Shown here: positions 26,490-36,400 of the stretch, piece by piece | Numbering within the stretch: position 1 is the first letter of the stretch | How the letters are laid out: each line of letters starts with the position of its first letter | Assembly (NCBI GenBank): GCA_024226335.1 | Contig: JAAELY010000311.1 | Coordinates: 18-64,017 of the forward strand | Reading direction: 5' to 3' | DNA: 64,000 nt | DNA from: a bacterium | Lineage (GTDB): Bacteria; Myxococcota_A; UBA9160; SZUA-336 | Notes under the pieces: generated by a model | The model's database searches: none | The model's input: the letters and a program-made list of their open reading frames with translations, nothing else | What the model was told of the DNA's origin: nothing | Program-made: the position numbers and the translations under genes

Positions 26490-27728
26490 CTAAACGTGTC
26501 GCAGGGCTTCGGCAGGTCGCAGACGGTAGGCCTTGATCGCAGGCCAGAGCGCCGCCACCAATGCCGTCAGGATGGCCAGGCAGACGGGGGCCACGAGATC
26601 CCGGGGACGAACGGTCGGATACATGATGTTCCCCACGCCGAGTTCCCCAAGGGCTTCCGAGAACATGCTGAGGTCGAGACCGACTTCTCCGAGCCAGCCC
26701 ACGAGTCCCAGACCGCCTAGCAATCCCAGCACGGTTCCGGCGAGAGTCAGAATCAGTGCTTCGAGCAGGATCATCCAGACCAGACGTCCGCCCTTTAGCC
26801 CGATCGAACGCAGCACACCAAACTCTCGGATGCGTTCGTACACTGCCATGAGCAGGGCATTGGCGATTCCAAACGCCATACCGACGAACACCACGGCGTA
26901 CATCACCCAGGACATCTGGTCCATCATGTCTAGCATGGCTGCCAGGCGCGGCTCGCGCTCACGCCAGGTCATCACCTCGATCTGCGCTTCGGGATCGATC
27001 TGAGCCAGGCGAGCCTTCGCCCAATCGCGAAACTCCGAACTCTGGTTCCGCTCCGCCAGGCGAACGGCGATCTGACTGACGCGGTCTTCCTGGGCGAATA
27101 GCTGCTGCGCGGAAGCGAGTGTGACGTATGCGAACGAGCGATCAAATGCGGTGGACGAAGTGCGATACAGGCCCGCTATGCGGAAGGCGCCGGACCCGGT
27201 CTCACCGGGCACATGCATCACGATCTTGTCGCCCGGTTCGACCTTGAGACGCTCAGCCATTTCCACACCGATCACGATTTCAGGCACACGCCGGCGACGG
27301 TTGTCCAGGTAACGGCCGACGACCACCGCGCCCGGCACGACCGACACACCCGGTTCGGTATCGGGAACCACGCCGACGAGCGCCGCGCGCAGGCTCTTGC
27401 GCGCGCTCTGAATCAGACCGTCGCCGATCAGGCGCGGACTCACGTTCGGACGTCCGGGTCCTTCGGGGAGCACTTCAATCAACCCACTTCCGCTCCCGGC
27501 CAGACTGCGCTTCAAATCGGGGTTCTGCTGGTAGCCGCGCGCCTGCACGGCCACGTGGGCCAGATGGCTGCCCACAGCGTTCTCGATCATCTGATCGATC
27601 ATGCCCGTCGTCCAGCCCAGTACGATCATGCACCCCGACAGGCCGACCGAGATCGCGACGACGACGATCGCGCTGCGCCGCCAGCCGCGTAGGAGGTTTC
27701 GCCAGGCGATGCGAAGCAGAGCACCCAT
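26490..27728 (-). CDS. ABC transporter permease, FtsX/MacB-LolCE type (permease B)
   Basis: Track ORF is 26490..27749. ATG 27728 gives MGALLRIAWRNLLRGWRRS... There is a large periplasmic loop after TM1 and a C-terminal FtsX 3-TM bundle. Confidence 0.85.
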   Translation of the reverse strand: MGALLRIAWRNLLRGWRRSAIVVVAISVGLSGCMIVLGWTTGMIDQMIENAVGSHLAHVAVQARGYQQNPDLKRSLAGSGSGLIEVLPEGPGRPNVSPRLIGDGLIQSARKSLRAALVGVVPDTEPGVSVVPGAVVVGRYLDNRRRRVPEIVIGVEMAERLKVEPGDKIVMHVPGETGSGAFRIAGLYRTSSTAFDRSFAYVTLASAQQLFAQEDRVSQIAVRLAERNQSSEFRDWAKARLAQIDPEAQIEVMTWREREPRLAAMLDMMDQMSWVMYAVVFVGMAFGIANALLMAVYERIREFGVLRSIGLKGGRLVWMILLEALILTLAGTVLGLLGGLGLVGWLGEVGLDLSMFSEALGELGVGNIMYPTVRPRDLVAPVCLAILTALVAALWPAIKAYRLRPAEALRHV

Positions 27729-27729
27729 A

Positions 27730-28980
27730 TCATGCCTCCCGCAGCGCATCGACGGGTCGACCGCGACTCGCCTTGATCGCCGGTGGCAAGGCGGCCAGGA
27801 TCGCGACGAAAACCAGGATCAACGGTACGACGATGACCTGGCGCATCGTCAACTTGAAAACGATCACCGCATCGATGTTGAACAACTCCATGGCATCGAT
27901 GGTGTCCTGCGACATACCCATGGCTTCGCCGGGAATCGGCGCCTGCTCCAGGTAGAGCACGAGCGGGATCACCAGTGCGAGACCGATGGCAATCCCGAGC
28001 AGGGAAAGCAGGAGCGATTCGATCATGACGAGCTTGAAAACAGCAGAAGGCCGCAGACCCAGCGCGCGCAGGACACCAAACTCGCGTACGCGCTCGAACA
28101 CCGACATGAGAATCGTATTGAGCAGCCCGAAACCGACGACGATGATCAGTACGCCGGTGGTCAGATAGGCACCGAGATCGTCCAGGACCATGAACTGGAT
28201 GACGTCGGGGATCAGTTCCTCCCACGAAAGCAGTTCGAAGCTCTCGTCGGGAAAGATCTCGGCGAGTTGCACGGCAATGGGCTCGGCGCGGCCGGGGTCG
28301 GTCGCGAAGACGGCGACGTGCGACACGCCCTCGCCCATCTCCAGGAAGTCCTGCAACTGGTGCAGGTCGACGAACGCGGCGTAGGAATCAAATTCCGGAT
28401 TGCCGACCTCGATGGTACCGATCACGCGAAAGCGATCGGCCGATTGCGACCCGTAGTAGTCGGCGGACAGCAGAATGACGTTGTCGCCTTCCACGACGCC
28501 CAGGTTCTTGGCCAGCGTCTCGCCGAGCACGACCTCGCGTCCGCTGCCGGGCGAGACGAAGCGACCGCGCTCGACGGAACTGACCAGTGAGGTCAGATGC
28601 TGCTCGCGTTCCGCGTCGACTCCCACCACCCACGCCGCACGCCCGGTCGCACCATCCTCATCACCGACCACCAGTCCCCAGGACTCCAGGCGCGGCGCCC
28701 AGCCATCGCTTTCGGGCAAGGCATTCAGGCCATCCATGGCGGCCCTTGAGAGTTCCATCCCATAGTCGAGCGTGCGGTTCTCGCGGTAGCCATCCAGACT
28801 GACTTCGAAATGCCCAGGGTACAAGCGCACGACTTCTTCGATCCAACGCTCGTGGCTTCCGTAGGCCATGGCAAGCGAAAGGATCGTGAGTACTGCAGCA
28901 AATGCCCCGGCCGCCGCGGTCAGGGCCGTGCGACGCGGATTTCGAAACAGATTGCGCCACGCGAGACGCAGAAGGATCAA
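27730..28980 (-). CDS. ABC transporter permease, FtsX/MacB-LolCE type (permease A)
   Basis: Track ORF is 27730..29109. The TTG at 28980 overlaps the LolA-like stop (TTGA), giving (M)ILLRLAWRNLFRNPRRT... The architecture matches permease B. Confidence 0.85.
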   Translation of the reverse strand: MILLRLAWRNLFRNPRRTALTAAAGAFAAVLTILSLAMAYGSHERWIEEVVRLYPGHFEVSLDGYRENRTLDYGMELSRAAMDGLNALPESDGWAPRLESWGLVVGDEDGATGRAAWVVGVDAEREQHLTSLVSSVERGRFVSPGSGREVVLGETLAKNLGVVEGDNVILLSADYYGSQSADRFRVIGTIEVGNPEFDSYAAFVDLHQLQDFLEMGEGVSHVAVFATDPGRAEPIAVQLAEIFPDESFELLSWEELIPDVIQFMVLDDLGAYLTTGVLIIVVGFGLLNTILMSVFERVREFGVLRALGLRPSAVFKLVMIESLLLSLLGIAIGLALVIPLVLYLEQAPIPGEAMGMSQDTIDAMELFNIDAVIVFKLTMRQVIVVPLILVFVAILAALPPAIKASRGRPVDALREA

Positions 28981-29840
28981 CGGGTGGCCTCCGCTCGACG
29001 TAGATTCCTCTGCGTGAACATCGAGTCGTCGAAGAACTCGTCGAGCGTGACCGACTCGACGCTCATTCGAGTGGAGTGCCCCTTCTTGTCCAGCGGTTCG
29101 ATCACCCACTCGTGCGGCATCTGGCGGCCCTGAACCTTGCGGATGTCCGAGAAACGCATCCGGCGCACGACCTCGAAGGTCCCCTCATCGGGTTCGTCGT
29201 AGTAGTCGTAGACGATTGGCGCGAGGGGGTCTACCTGGAGCCAGAGATCGATTCGCGCCCACACCACGGGCGCGTCTTCGCGCGGGATCAGTCGGACGCC
29301 GATTGCGGGTACACCGTCGATCGACTTCTCGCCGATCAGCTCGGGCTTGTAATCGTCGATCATCGACGACTCGCGTGCGAGATCGTCATTGGTGAAGTCA
29401 CTGCCCATCCAGGACTGCAACATCATCGACGGCGGAATTCGCATGGTGCGTTCGACGCGCGGTAGATAGGTCCAGAACGTCGTCTGCAGGCGCAGGAAGC
29501 CTGTGCCACTGTCCTTCTTGGGAGACAGGATGCGGATGAAACTGCGATCGCCGCGGCGATCGTCCCAGGAGTGGAAACGCACGACGCGCGTCCAACGGGG
29601 CGTCGTGATGGTCATGGACGCCGTGATGTCGGCGCTCTCGCCGCGCAGCGCATCCTCGGCACGCTCTACGATCTCGTTTGCGCTGAGCCCTGCAAGCGAT
29701 TTGACCAGAGATGCGACGGATTCCGAGACAGGTTTCGAAACCGGCTCAGAAGAGGAATCGGATTCCGCGCGAGCAATACTCGCCACGAGAACCAGGCTCA
29801 GCCCGAGCACAAACAGGAATGCGATCGCGAGGTTCTTCAT
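28977..29840 (-). CDS. Outer-membrane lipoprotein-sorting (LolA_like) protein
   Basis: Track ORF is 28977..30368. The ATG at 29840 overlaps the TetR stop (ATGA). Signal peptide MKNLAIAFLFVLGLSLVLVASIARA; ...FIRILSPKKDSGTGFLRL...WTYLPRVERTMRIPPSMMLQSWMGSDFTNDDL... is typical of the LolA_like (PF17131-type) family. Confidence 0.8.
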   Translation of the reverse strand: MKNLAIAFLFVLGLSLVLVASIARAESDSSSEPVSKPVSESVASLVKSLAGLSANEIVERAEDALRGESADITASMTITTPRWTRVVRFHSWDDRRGDRSFIRILSPKKDSGTGFLRLQTTFWTYLPRVERTMRIPPSMMLQSWMGSDFTNDDLARESSMIDDYKPELIGEKSIDGVPAIGVRLIPREDAPVVWARIDLWLQVDPLAPIVYDYYDEPDEGTFEVVRRMRFSDIRKVQGRQMPHEWVIEPLDKKGHSTRMSVESVTLDEFFDDSMFTQRNLRRAEATR

Positions 29841-30436
29841 TTCGCCAGGAGCCCTTTCATGAAGAGATCTTCGGTCGCCCGCCAGGTGGCGGGCAGATCG
29901 AGTTGGGGTCGTACGAGCTTCTGCAAGAGCAGTCCATCGAGCGCCGCCACGACCACACAAGCGACGTCTTCGGGGTCGACGGGACGGAAGATCCCCTCGG
30001 TCACACCCCGCGTGAGGTATTCGGACATCCCGTCGCAGAATTTTTGATACATATTCGCGAGGCGCTCGCGCAGTTTCTCGTCGCGGCTCGCCTGCGCCAG
30101 GTATTCCAGGGTCAACTCGATGACCGGCATCGTGGTGGGCATCTCGCGCAGAAACGCCTCGGACACCTCGTGGATGGCGGCCTGTGCATCGGGCGCCTCT
30201 TCCCCGAATCCCAGAGCCGGCATCATCCGATCGATCTCCCAGTCGAGCAAAGCCATGAAGAGTTCGTGCTTGCCGTCGAAATGCCAGTAGATGGCTCCCT
30301 TGGACAGACCCGCACGCTCGGCGATATCGTCGACCTTGGTCTTGTGGTAACCGGCCGCGATGAAGCACTCCCGCGCGGCGGCGAGAATCTCGTCCCTGCT
30401 GGCTTCTGGGCTTCTACGGGTGTTGCGGCGGAGCAT
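29837..30436 (-). CDS. TetR-family transcriptional regulator (first gene of the ABC/LolA-like operon)
   Basis: 199 aa: ILAAARECFIAAGYHKTKVDDIAERAGLSKGAIYWHFDGKHELF. Confidence 0.9.
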   Translation of the reverse strand: MLRRNTRRSPEASRDEILAAARECFIAAGYHKTKVDDIAERAGLSKGAIYWHFDGKHELFMALLDWEIDRMMPALGFGEEAPDAQAAIHEVSEAFLREMPTTMPVIELTLEYLAQASRDEKLRERLANMYQKFCDGMSEYLTRGVTEGIFRPVDPEDVACVVVAALDGLLLQKLVRPQLDLPATWRATEDLFMKGLLAK

Positions 30437-30464
30437 GAAGATCGCTCATTCGAAGGATTGGAAT

Positions 30465-30484
30465 TACTGACTGACCAGTCGGTA
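30465..30484. promoter_or_regulatory. Candidate TetR operator (imperfect 20-bp palindrome)
   Basis: TACTGACTGA|CCAGTCGGTA has 8 of 10 symmetric pairs and lies 29-48 nt upstream of the TetR start codon. Confidence 0.4.
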
Positions 30485-30566
30485 TGGTACGAAATCGACG
30501 AGCTCACGGCAAGATGGGACGTTTGTGTTTGTCTGGCACGGCCCGGGTCGATAGTTTCTGCGGCCG

Positions 30567-33446
30567 ATGAGCAAGCCCAAGGACAGCGGGAGCGATCCAG
30601 CCAAGCGCTCCTATAAATCGACCCTGAACCTGCCCCGGACCGGGTTCGCCATGAAGGCCAATCTGGTGCAGCGGGAGCCCGAGTTCCAGAAGCGCTGGAA
30701 CAAGCTCGACGTGTGCGCGCGCATGCACGGCGCCGACCATCCCAGGGGCGTCTTCTCCTTCCACGATGGCCCGCCCTACGCGAACGGCGATATCCACCTG
30801 GGCCACCTTCTCAACAAAATCCTGAAGGACCTCGTCGTGCGCACGCATTCGATGATGGGCTACGACGTGGAGTTCGTTCCGGGCTGGGACTGCCACGGCC
30901 TGCCGATCGAGCACATGGTCATGCAGGAACTCGGCGACAAAGCCAAGGACATGGTGCCGCTGCAGATTCGCGGCCGCTGCAAGTCCTACGCGGAGAAGTT
31001 CGTCAAGCGTCAGTCGAAACAGATGCAGCGACTCGGCACGATCGGCAACTATCAGGATCCGTATCTCACGCTGAAACCACGCTACGAGGCCGAGGTCCTG
31101 GAAGCGTTCGCGAGCATGGTAAAGCGCGGTCTGATCTTCCGCGCGCTCAAGCCCGTGCACTGGTCGATCGAAAACCAGACCGCGCTCGCCGAAGCCGAAC
31201 TGGAATACTACGACCGCGAAGACACCAGCGTCTTCGTTCTCTTCGCGTTGGACCCGGCGACTTCGCTACCCGCATCGCTAGGCGCTCCGGAGAAAGAAAG
31301 CGTATCGCTGGTGATCTGGACGACGACTCCCTGGACTCTGCCCGCGAACCTGGCCGTTTCCGTCGGTCCCGCGATCGAGTACGGCTTGTACCGTTTCGCG
31401 CACAACGGACAAACGCTGCACGCAATCCTGGCGGAGTCCCTGGCCGAAAAGGTTCTGGCTCTCGCCAACGCGACCGCCGTCACTCAACTCGGTCACTGCA
31501 GCGGTCGCGAACTCGCCGAGGCCGGACTGACCTATGAACACCCGTTCCAGGACGACGGCCATGTTCGTCCCGTCGTCCTCGCCGACTACGTGACGCTCGA
31601 AGACGGCACGGGTCTGGTCCACACGGCCCCGGGTCACGGCGTGGATGACTATCTTACGGGACTCAAACACGGGCTGGAGATTCTGTGCCCGGTGCAGGCC
31701 GACGGCTGCTTCGATGCCAGCGCACCCGAGTGGCTGCGCGGCGTAAGCGTCTGGGACGGCAATGCGAAGATCGGCGAGCGCCTGCGCGAAGATGGTTCGC
31801 TATTGCACTCTCAGGTTTTCACGCACTCTTATCCGCACGACTGGCGCGGAAAGACGCCCACGATCTTCCGGGCCACCGAGCAGTGGTTCGCTGCGGTCGA
31901 CAAGCCGCTGCAAAACCCCGATGGACCCTCGCTGCGCGAACTCGCCCTCGAAGTGACGGAGGCGGACATCAGCTTCACGCCCGAGTGGGGTCGCAATCGC
32001 CTCAGGGGCATGCTCGAGACACGACCGGACTGGTGCCTGAGCCGTCAGCGCTCCTGGGGATTGCCGATCCCGGCGTTCTTCGGCGAAACACAGGGAGAGG
32101 TATTGCTCACGGCCGCTTCGGTGAGCGCGGTCGCCGAGCGGGTGCGACAGGAAGGCTCAGACTCCTGGTTCAAGGCGAGCGCCGCAGAACTCCTTTCCGA
32201 ATACGATCTATCACTGGACGCGGAAGCCCCCGAGTGGCTCGTGAAACGCGGCTCGCTGGAAGGGCTGCGCCCGAGCAGTGATATCTTTGACGTGTGGTTC
32301 GAAAGCGGTGCGTCCTGGAACGCGGTCATGCGTCGTCGCGGTCTGCCCTACCCTACTGATCTCTACCTGGAAGGTTCGGACCAGCATCGCGGCTGGTTCC
32401 AGAGTTCATTGCTCGTCGCCCTGGGAGCAAGCGGAGAGGCACCCTACCGCGGCCTGGTCACCCACGGCTTCATCGTGGACGCGCAGGGCATGAAGATGAG
32501 CAAGTCGGGTGGAAATGCGCTCTCGGTCGAGGAACTCTTGCGAGGCCACGGCGCAGACGTGTGTCGTTGGTGGGTCAGCTCGTTGAACTTCGGGAACGAC
32601 ATCAAGGCCGATACCGAGTTCTTCCGCCTGGCGGGCGAGGAATACCGCAAGGTGCGCAACACGATCCGCTTCCTGTTGAGCAACCTGAACGACTTCGACC
32701 CTGTGAGCAATCGCCGCGAACTCGGCCCCGATGACGCCTACAGCGTCGACGCATGGGCCATGTCGAAGCTGGACGAACTGAGTGATACCGTGCACAAGGC
32801 CTACGAAGCCTATCAATACCGCACCGCACACCAGGCACTGTTCAACTTCTGCAACGACACGCTGAGTGCCGTGTATCTGGTTGCCGTCAAGGATCGCCTG
32901 TACTGCGACGCAACCAATGCGGATCGCCGACGCCGCAGCCAGACCGTGCTCTTCGACCTGGCAGACGGTTTGACCCGGCTTCTGGGTCCAATCCTGGTTC
33001 ACACGGCAGACGAAGCCTGGCTGGCGCTGCACGGCGCGACCATGGCTGACGAACTCTGCATCCACGACCAGCATTTCGCACAACTGCACTCGCATCCCGT
33101 CGCACCGGAATGGGACGAAGTCATGACGCGACGCGATCAGGTACTCAAGGCGCTCGAAGAAGAACGAGCGGCGGGATCGCTCGACAATCCACTCGACGCC
33201 GGCGTAGTGCTGCGACTGCCCGAAGACCAGCGTGCAGTGCTCGAGCCTTTTGAGCCGGAATTCGCCGACCTTTGCGGTGTGAGCAGGTTCGCTTTCGAAA
33301 GTGACACCTCGGAAGGCATCGAGGTCGTGCACCTGGGTGAGGAACTGCGCTGCGATCGTTCATGGAAGCGCGACGCGAGCGTGCGCGAACGCAGCGATGG
33401 CGGTCTGCTGAGCGACCGCGACGCAAAGGCCATAGGCCTGGACTGA
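30567..33446 (+). CDS. ileS: Isoleucyl-tRNA synthetase
   Basis: 959 aa: PPYANGDIHLGH (HIGH), KMSKSGGN (KMSKS), CP1 editing insert, N-terminus ...YKSTLNLPRTGFAMKANL. Confidence 0.97.
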   Translation: MSKPKDSGSDPAKRSYKSTLNLPRTGFAMKANLVQREPEFQKRWNKLDVCARMHGADHPRGVFSFHDGPPYANGDIHLGHLLNKILKDLVVRTHSMMGYDVEFVPGWDCHGLPIEHMVMQELGDKAKDMVPLQIRGRCKSYAEKFVKRQSKQMQRLGTIGNYQDPYLTLKPRYEAEVLEAFASMVKRGLIFRALKPVHWSIENQTALAEAELEYYDREDTSVFVLFALDPATSLPASLGAPEKESVSLVIWTTTPWTLPANLAVSVGPAIEYGLYRFAHNGQTLHAILAESLAEKVLALANATAVTQLGHCSGRELAEAGLTYEHPFQDDGHVRPVVLADYVTLEDGTGLVHTAPGHGVDDYLTGLKHGLEILCPVQADGCFDASAPEWLRGVSVWDGNAKIGERLREDGSLLHSQVFTHSYPHDWRGKTPTIFRATEQWFAAVDKPLQNPDGPSLRELALEVTEADISFTPEWGRNRLRGMLETRPDWCLSRQRSWGLPIPAFFGETQGEVLLTAASVSAVAERVRQEGSDSWFKASAAELLSEYDLSLDAEAPEWLVKRGSLEGLRPSSDIFDVWFESGASWNAVMRRRGLPYPTDLYLEGSDQHRGWFQSSLLVALGASGEAPYRGLVTHGFIVDAQGMKMSKSGGNALSVEELLRGHGADVCRWWVSSLNFGNDIKADTEFFRLAGEEYRKVRNTIRFLLSNLNDFDPVSNRRELGPDDAYSVDAWAMSKLDELSDTVHKAYEAYQYRTAHQALFNFCNDTLSAVYLVAVKDRLYCDATNADRRRRSQTVLFDLADGLTRLLGPILVHTADEAWLALHGATMADELCIHDQHFAQLHSHPVAPEWDEVMTRRDQVLKALEEERAAGSLDNPLDAGVVLRLPEDQRAVLEPFEPEFADLCGVSRFAFESDTSEGIEVVHLGEELRCDRSWKRDASVRERSDGGLLSDRDAKAIGLD

Positions 33447-33452
33447 AACGGG

Positions 33453-36400
33453 TCAGCGCGGACTGCGCGACTCCCTGCGTTCGCTCGACGGCGACGCGGG
33501 TTTCTCATTTTTCGTTCCGGCCTCCTCTTCCGCTTCCTTCTGTTCGATTTCGTCCAGCGCAACTCGTAGCAGGCGCGTGACGTCGATGTGATCCCTGTCC
33601 TCGGCCAGACTCATTGCAGTCACTCCGCGACGTCCGCGGACCTTTGGATCGGCGCCGAAATTCAGGAGCAAGAGGACGGCTTCGGCCTTTCCTGTCTGAG
33701 CGGCCTGCATCAGCGCAGTCCATCCCTCGGCACTGCGAATGTTCGGATTGGCCTTGCGGCGCAGGAGCAGCGTGAGCACGTCCTTGTGACCTGCAGGCGC
33801 GGCAAAGATCAACGCTGAAAATCCCTCGTGGTCCTGCTGGTTCACGTCTTCGATCAACGGGAGCAGTTTGAGCACGATCTCGTGGTTGCCCGCTGAACTC
33901 GCCGCCATCAACGGGGTTGCACCCAGGTCGTTGCGCGTTTCCGGATCGGCTCCGTTGTCGAGCAGAAACGTCACGACGTCGAGCTGATCGCGCATGGACG
34001 CCCAGAGCAAGGGCGTCCATCCCTTGAAGTCTCGAGCGTTGATGTCGACCCCTTCGCGAATGAACTTGCGGACAGTTGCGACTTCACCCTCCCGCGCGGC
34101 ATGGGTCAACTCTGCCTCCTTGCGCATCTTGGCCGCTGCCTTTTTCACGTCTTCCGGCGCGTCGTCCTTGGGAATTCGGCCGCTGGCAACCGCCTTGTAG
34201 CGGATCGAAGACGCTTTCTCGAGCAGGGCCGCAGCGTGGCGCTGGCGCCGCTGGTGCGCGATGAGAAAAGCATTTCGCCCTTCCGCATCGCGAATCATCG
34301 GGTCTGCCTGACGACTCAGGAGAAGGCGAATACAATCAGTATGTCCCCGGCGACCGGCGAGATACATGGCCGTCTGGCCTGCGTCGTTCACTTCGTCGGA
34401 AGGCTTGTCCCAACCGCGCAGGAGGCGGCGGGCAGCATCGGTGTGACCACCGGAACAGGCATGCATCAGAGGTGTCCAGCCGCCGCGCCCACGACGGTTG
34501 TGATCCTCTCCGGCTTCGAGCAGGAGACCCACGATCCGTTCACTGCCACGACGTGCAGCCATGTGGATCGCGAAGTCACCTGCGCTGGTTTTCAACGCGA
34601 TATCAGCGCCAGCTTCGAGCAGGCGCGCAACCATATCCGGTCGATCGAGGGTCGCGGCGTGGATGAGCGCGGTACGCCCGAGTGGGTCAGCCAGATCCAG
34701 ATCCGGTTCGTATCGCAGGAGGATCTCAACGAGTTCTGCGTCATCATTGGAAGCAGCGAACATGAGAGGCGTCTGACCGTTCCTCGTCGCGGCGTTCACA
34801 TTGGCGCCAGACTCGGCGAGGAGTTCCACGATCTCCCTGTGATTCTTCGCGACCGCTGCACGAAGAGCGGTCGCACCCCCATCGTCGCGCAGTTCCAGAT
34901 TCGCACCCACATCGATCAGCGCCCTGACGATCTCGATATGGCCCCCACTAGAGGCGAGCAGCAGCGGGCTGCGGCCGTCCGTGTCGATCTGGTCGGGATC
35001 CGTTCCCGCCTTCAAAAGGTTCTGCGCCGTATCTTTGTGCCCGCCCTTTGCGGCCGTAAGCAGGGGTGATTTCCCGAGACGTGTGGCGCGCGCACCAAAG
35101 ATCTCGGGATCTTCGACGGCCTTTGTCAGGGCTGCGGCGAGCTGTCTGAAACCGGCCTCTCGAGCAGCATCTGCAGCGGTCTCGCCCTCCCGCGTCTTGT
35201 GCTCCACGTCTGCACCGGCCAACAGAAGCTCGCGGCACATCTCGAAGTGGCCGCGGCGAGCCGCCACGATCATCGCAGAAACACCGTTCTTGTTGACCGC
35301 GTCGACATTCGCCCCCTTTGCAATCAGCTTCTGGGCGATCGTCAACTGACCCGAGTAGGCGGCGTGCAGAAGCGGCGTTGCGCCATTGCCGTCCGGGAAA
35401 TCTACGTGTGCGTTCTTGTCGAGCAGCTCATTCGCCAGGTCGGCCCGAGCGTAAGCAGCAGAGTAGGCCAACGGTGTCATGCCCAACTTGTCTTTGGCGT
35501 TGACGTCGGCACCGCCATAGACAAGGCTGGCGGCGTAGCGCTCATAGCCGAGAATTGCCGCGCGAATCAGAGGCGTCTGCCCATCGGAATTGCGACGCGC
35601 GACGTAGTCGGAATCGAAGACCGCCCCCTCGACACCACCATGGATCTCTCGAACAACACTGAACTGTCGTTCCTCCAACGCGAGGATGAGTGGAGTCATC
35701 TCGCGCGAGTTGTACAGTTCGAGATCGGCCCTCGCATCCATGAGTTGTCGGATAATGCTCTCGAAACCCCGCGTCGCGGCGAAATGCGCGGCCGTCTCAC
35801 CGGTTGTCGTCTGTCTGTTCAGATCCGCACCAGCGTCGATCAGGCGCCCCAGGATCTTGTCATTCCCGCGACGGGCTGCATGAATCAAGGCCGTGGCGCC
35901 GTCCCCCATCGTTGCGTTGATATCCGCGCCTGCGTCGATCATCGCGTCGACAACACCCTCGTGCCCCTTTTTGACGGCAGCGATCAAGGGAGTCGCGCCA
36001 TCTCGTCGCCGCGTGTCGGGCTCGGCTCCGGCTTCGAGCAGACGTATGACTGCAGCGGTCTTCTGTTCATTTGCCGCGTACAAGAGCGCAGTCTGTCCGC
36101 TGCGATCCCTGGCCGAAAGCTCGGCACCCGCGGCGATCAATTTGGAGATCATGCGCAGTCTCCCGCGCGCCGCCGCCGCCATGAGCGGTGTCTGCTGAGA
36201 GCGGTTGCGCGCATTCGGATCGGCTCCTGCCGCCAGCAACGCTTCGAGGATCCGCGCATCTGACTGGTTGGCGGCCAACCGCAATGCGGCCGTACCCAGC
36301 ACGGTGGTGAGATTCGGGTTGGCACCGGCGGCGATTAGTATCTCGACCGCTTCGAAGTTCTCGTTCTGCGAAGCGAACATCAGGCTCGTCCAGCCATCGA

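Noticed and set aside
30534-30549. TGGCAC upstream of ileS as a second sigma-54 promoter
   Set aside because: The -12 position reads GGGT instead of TTGC, so the GC dinucleotide is missing at the required spacing.
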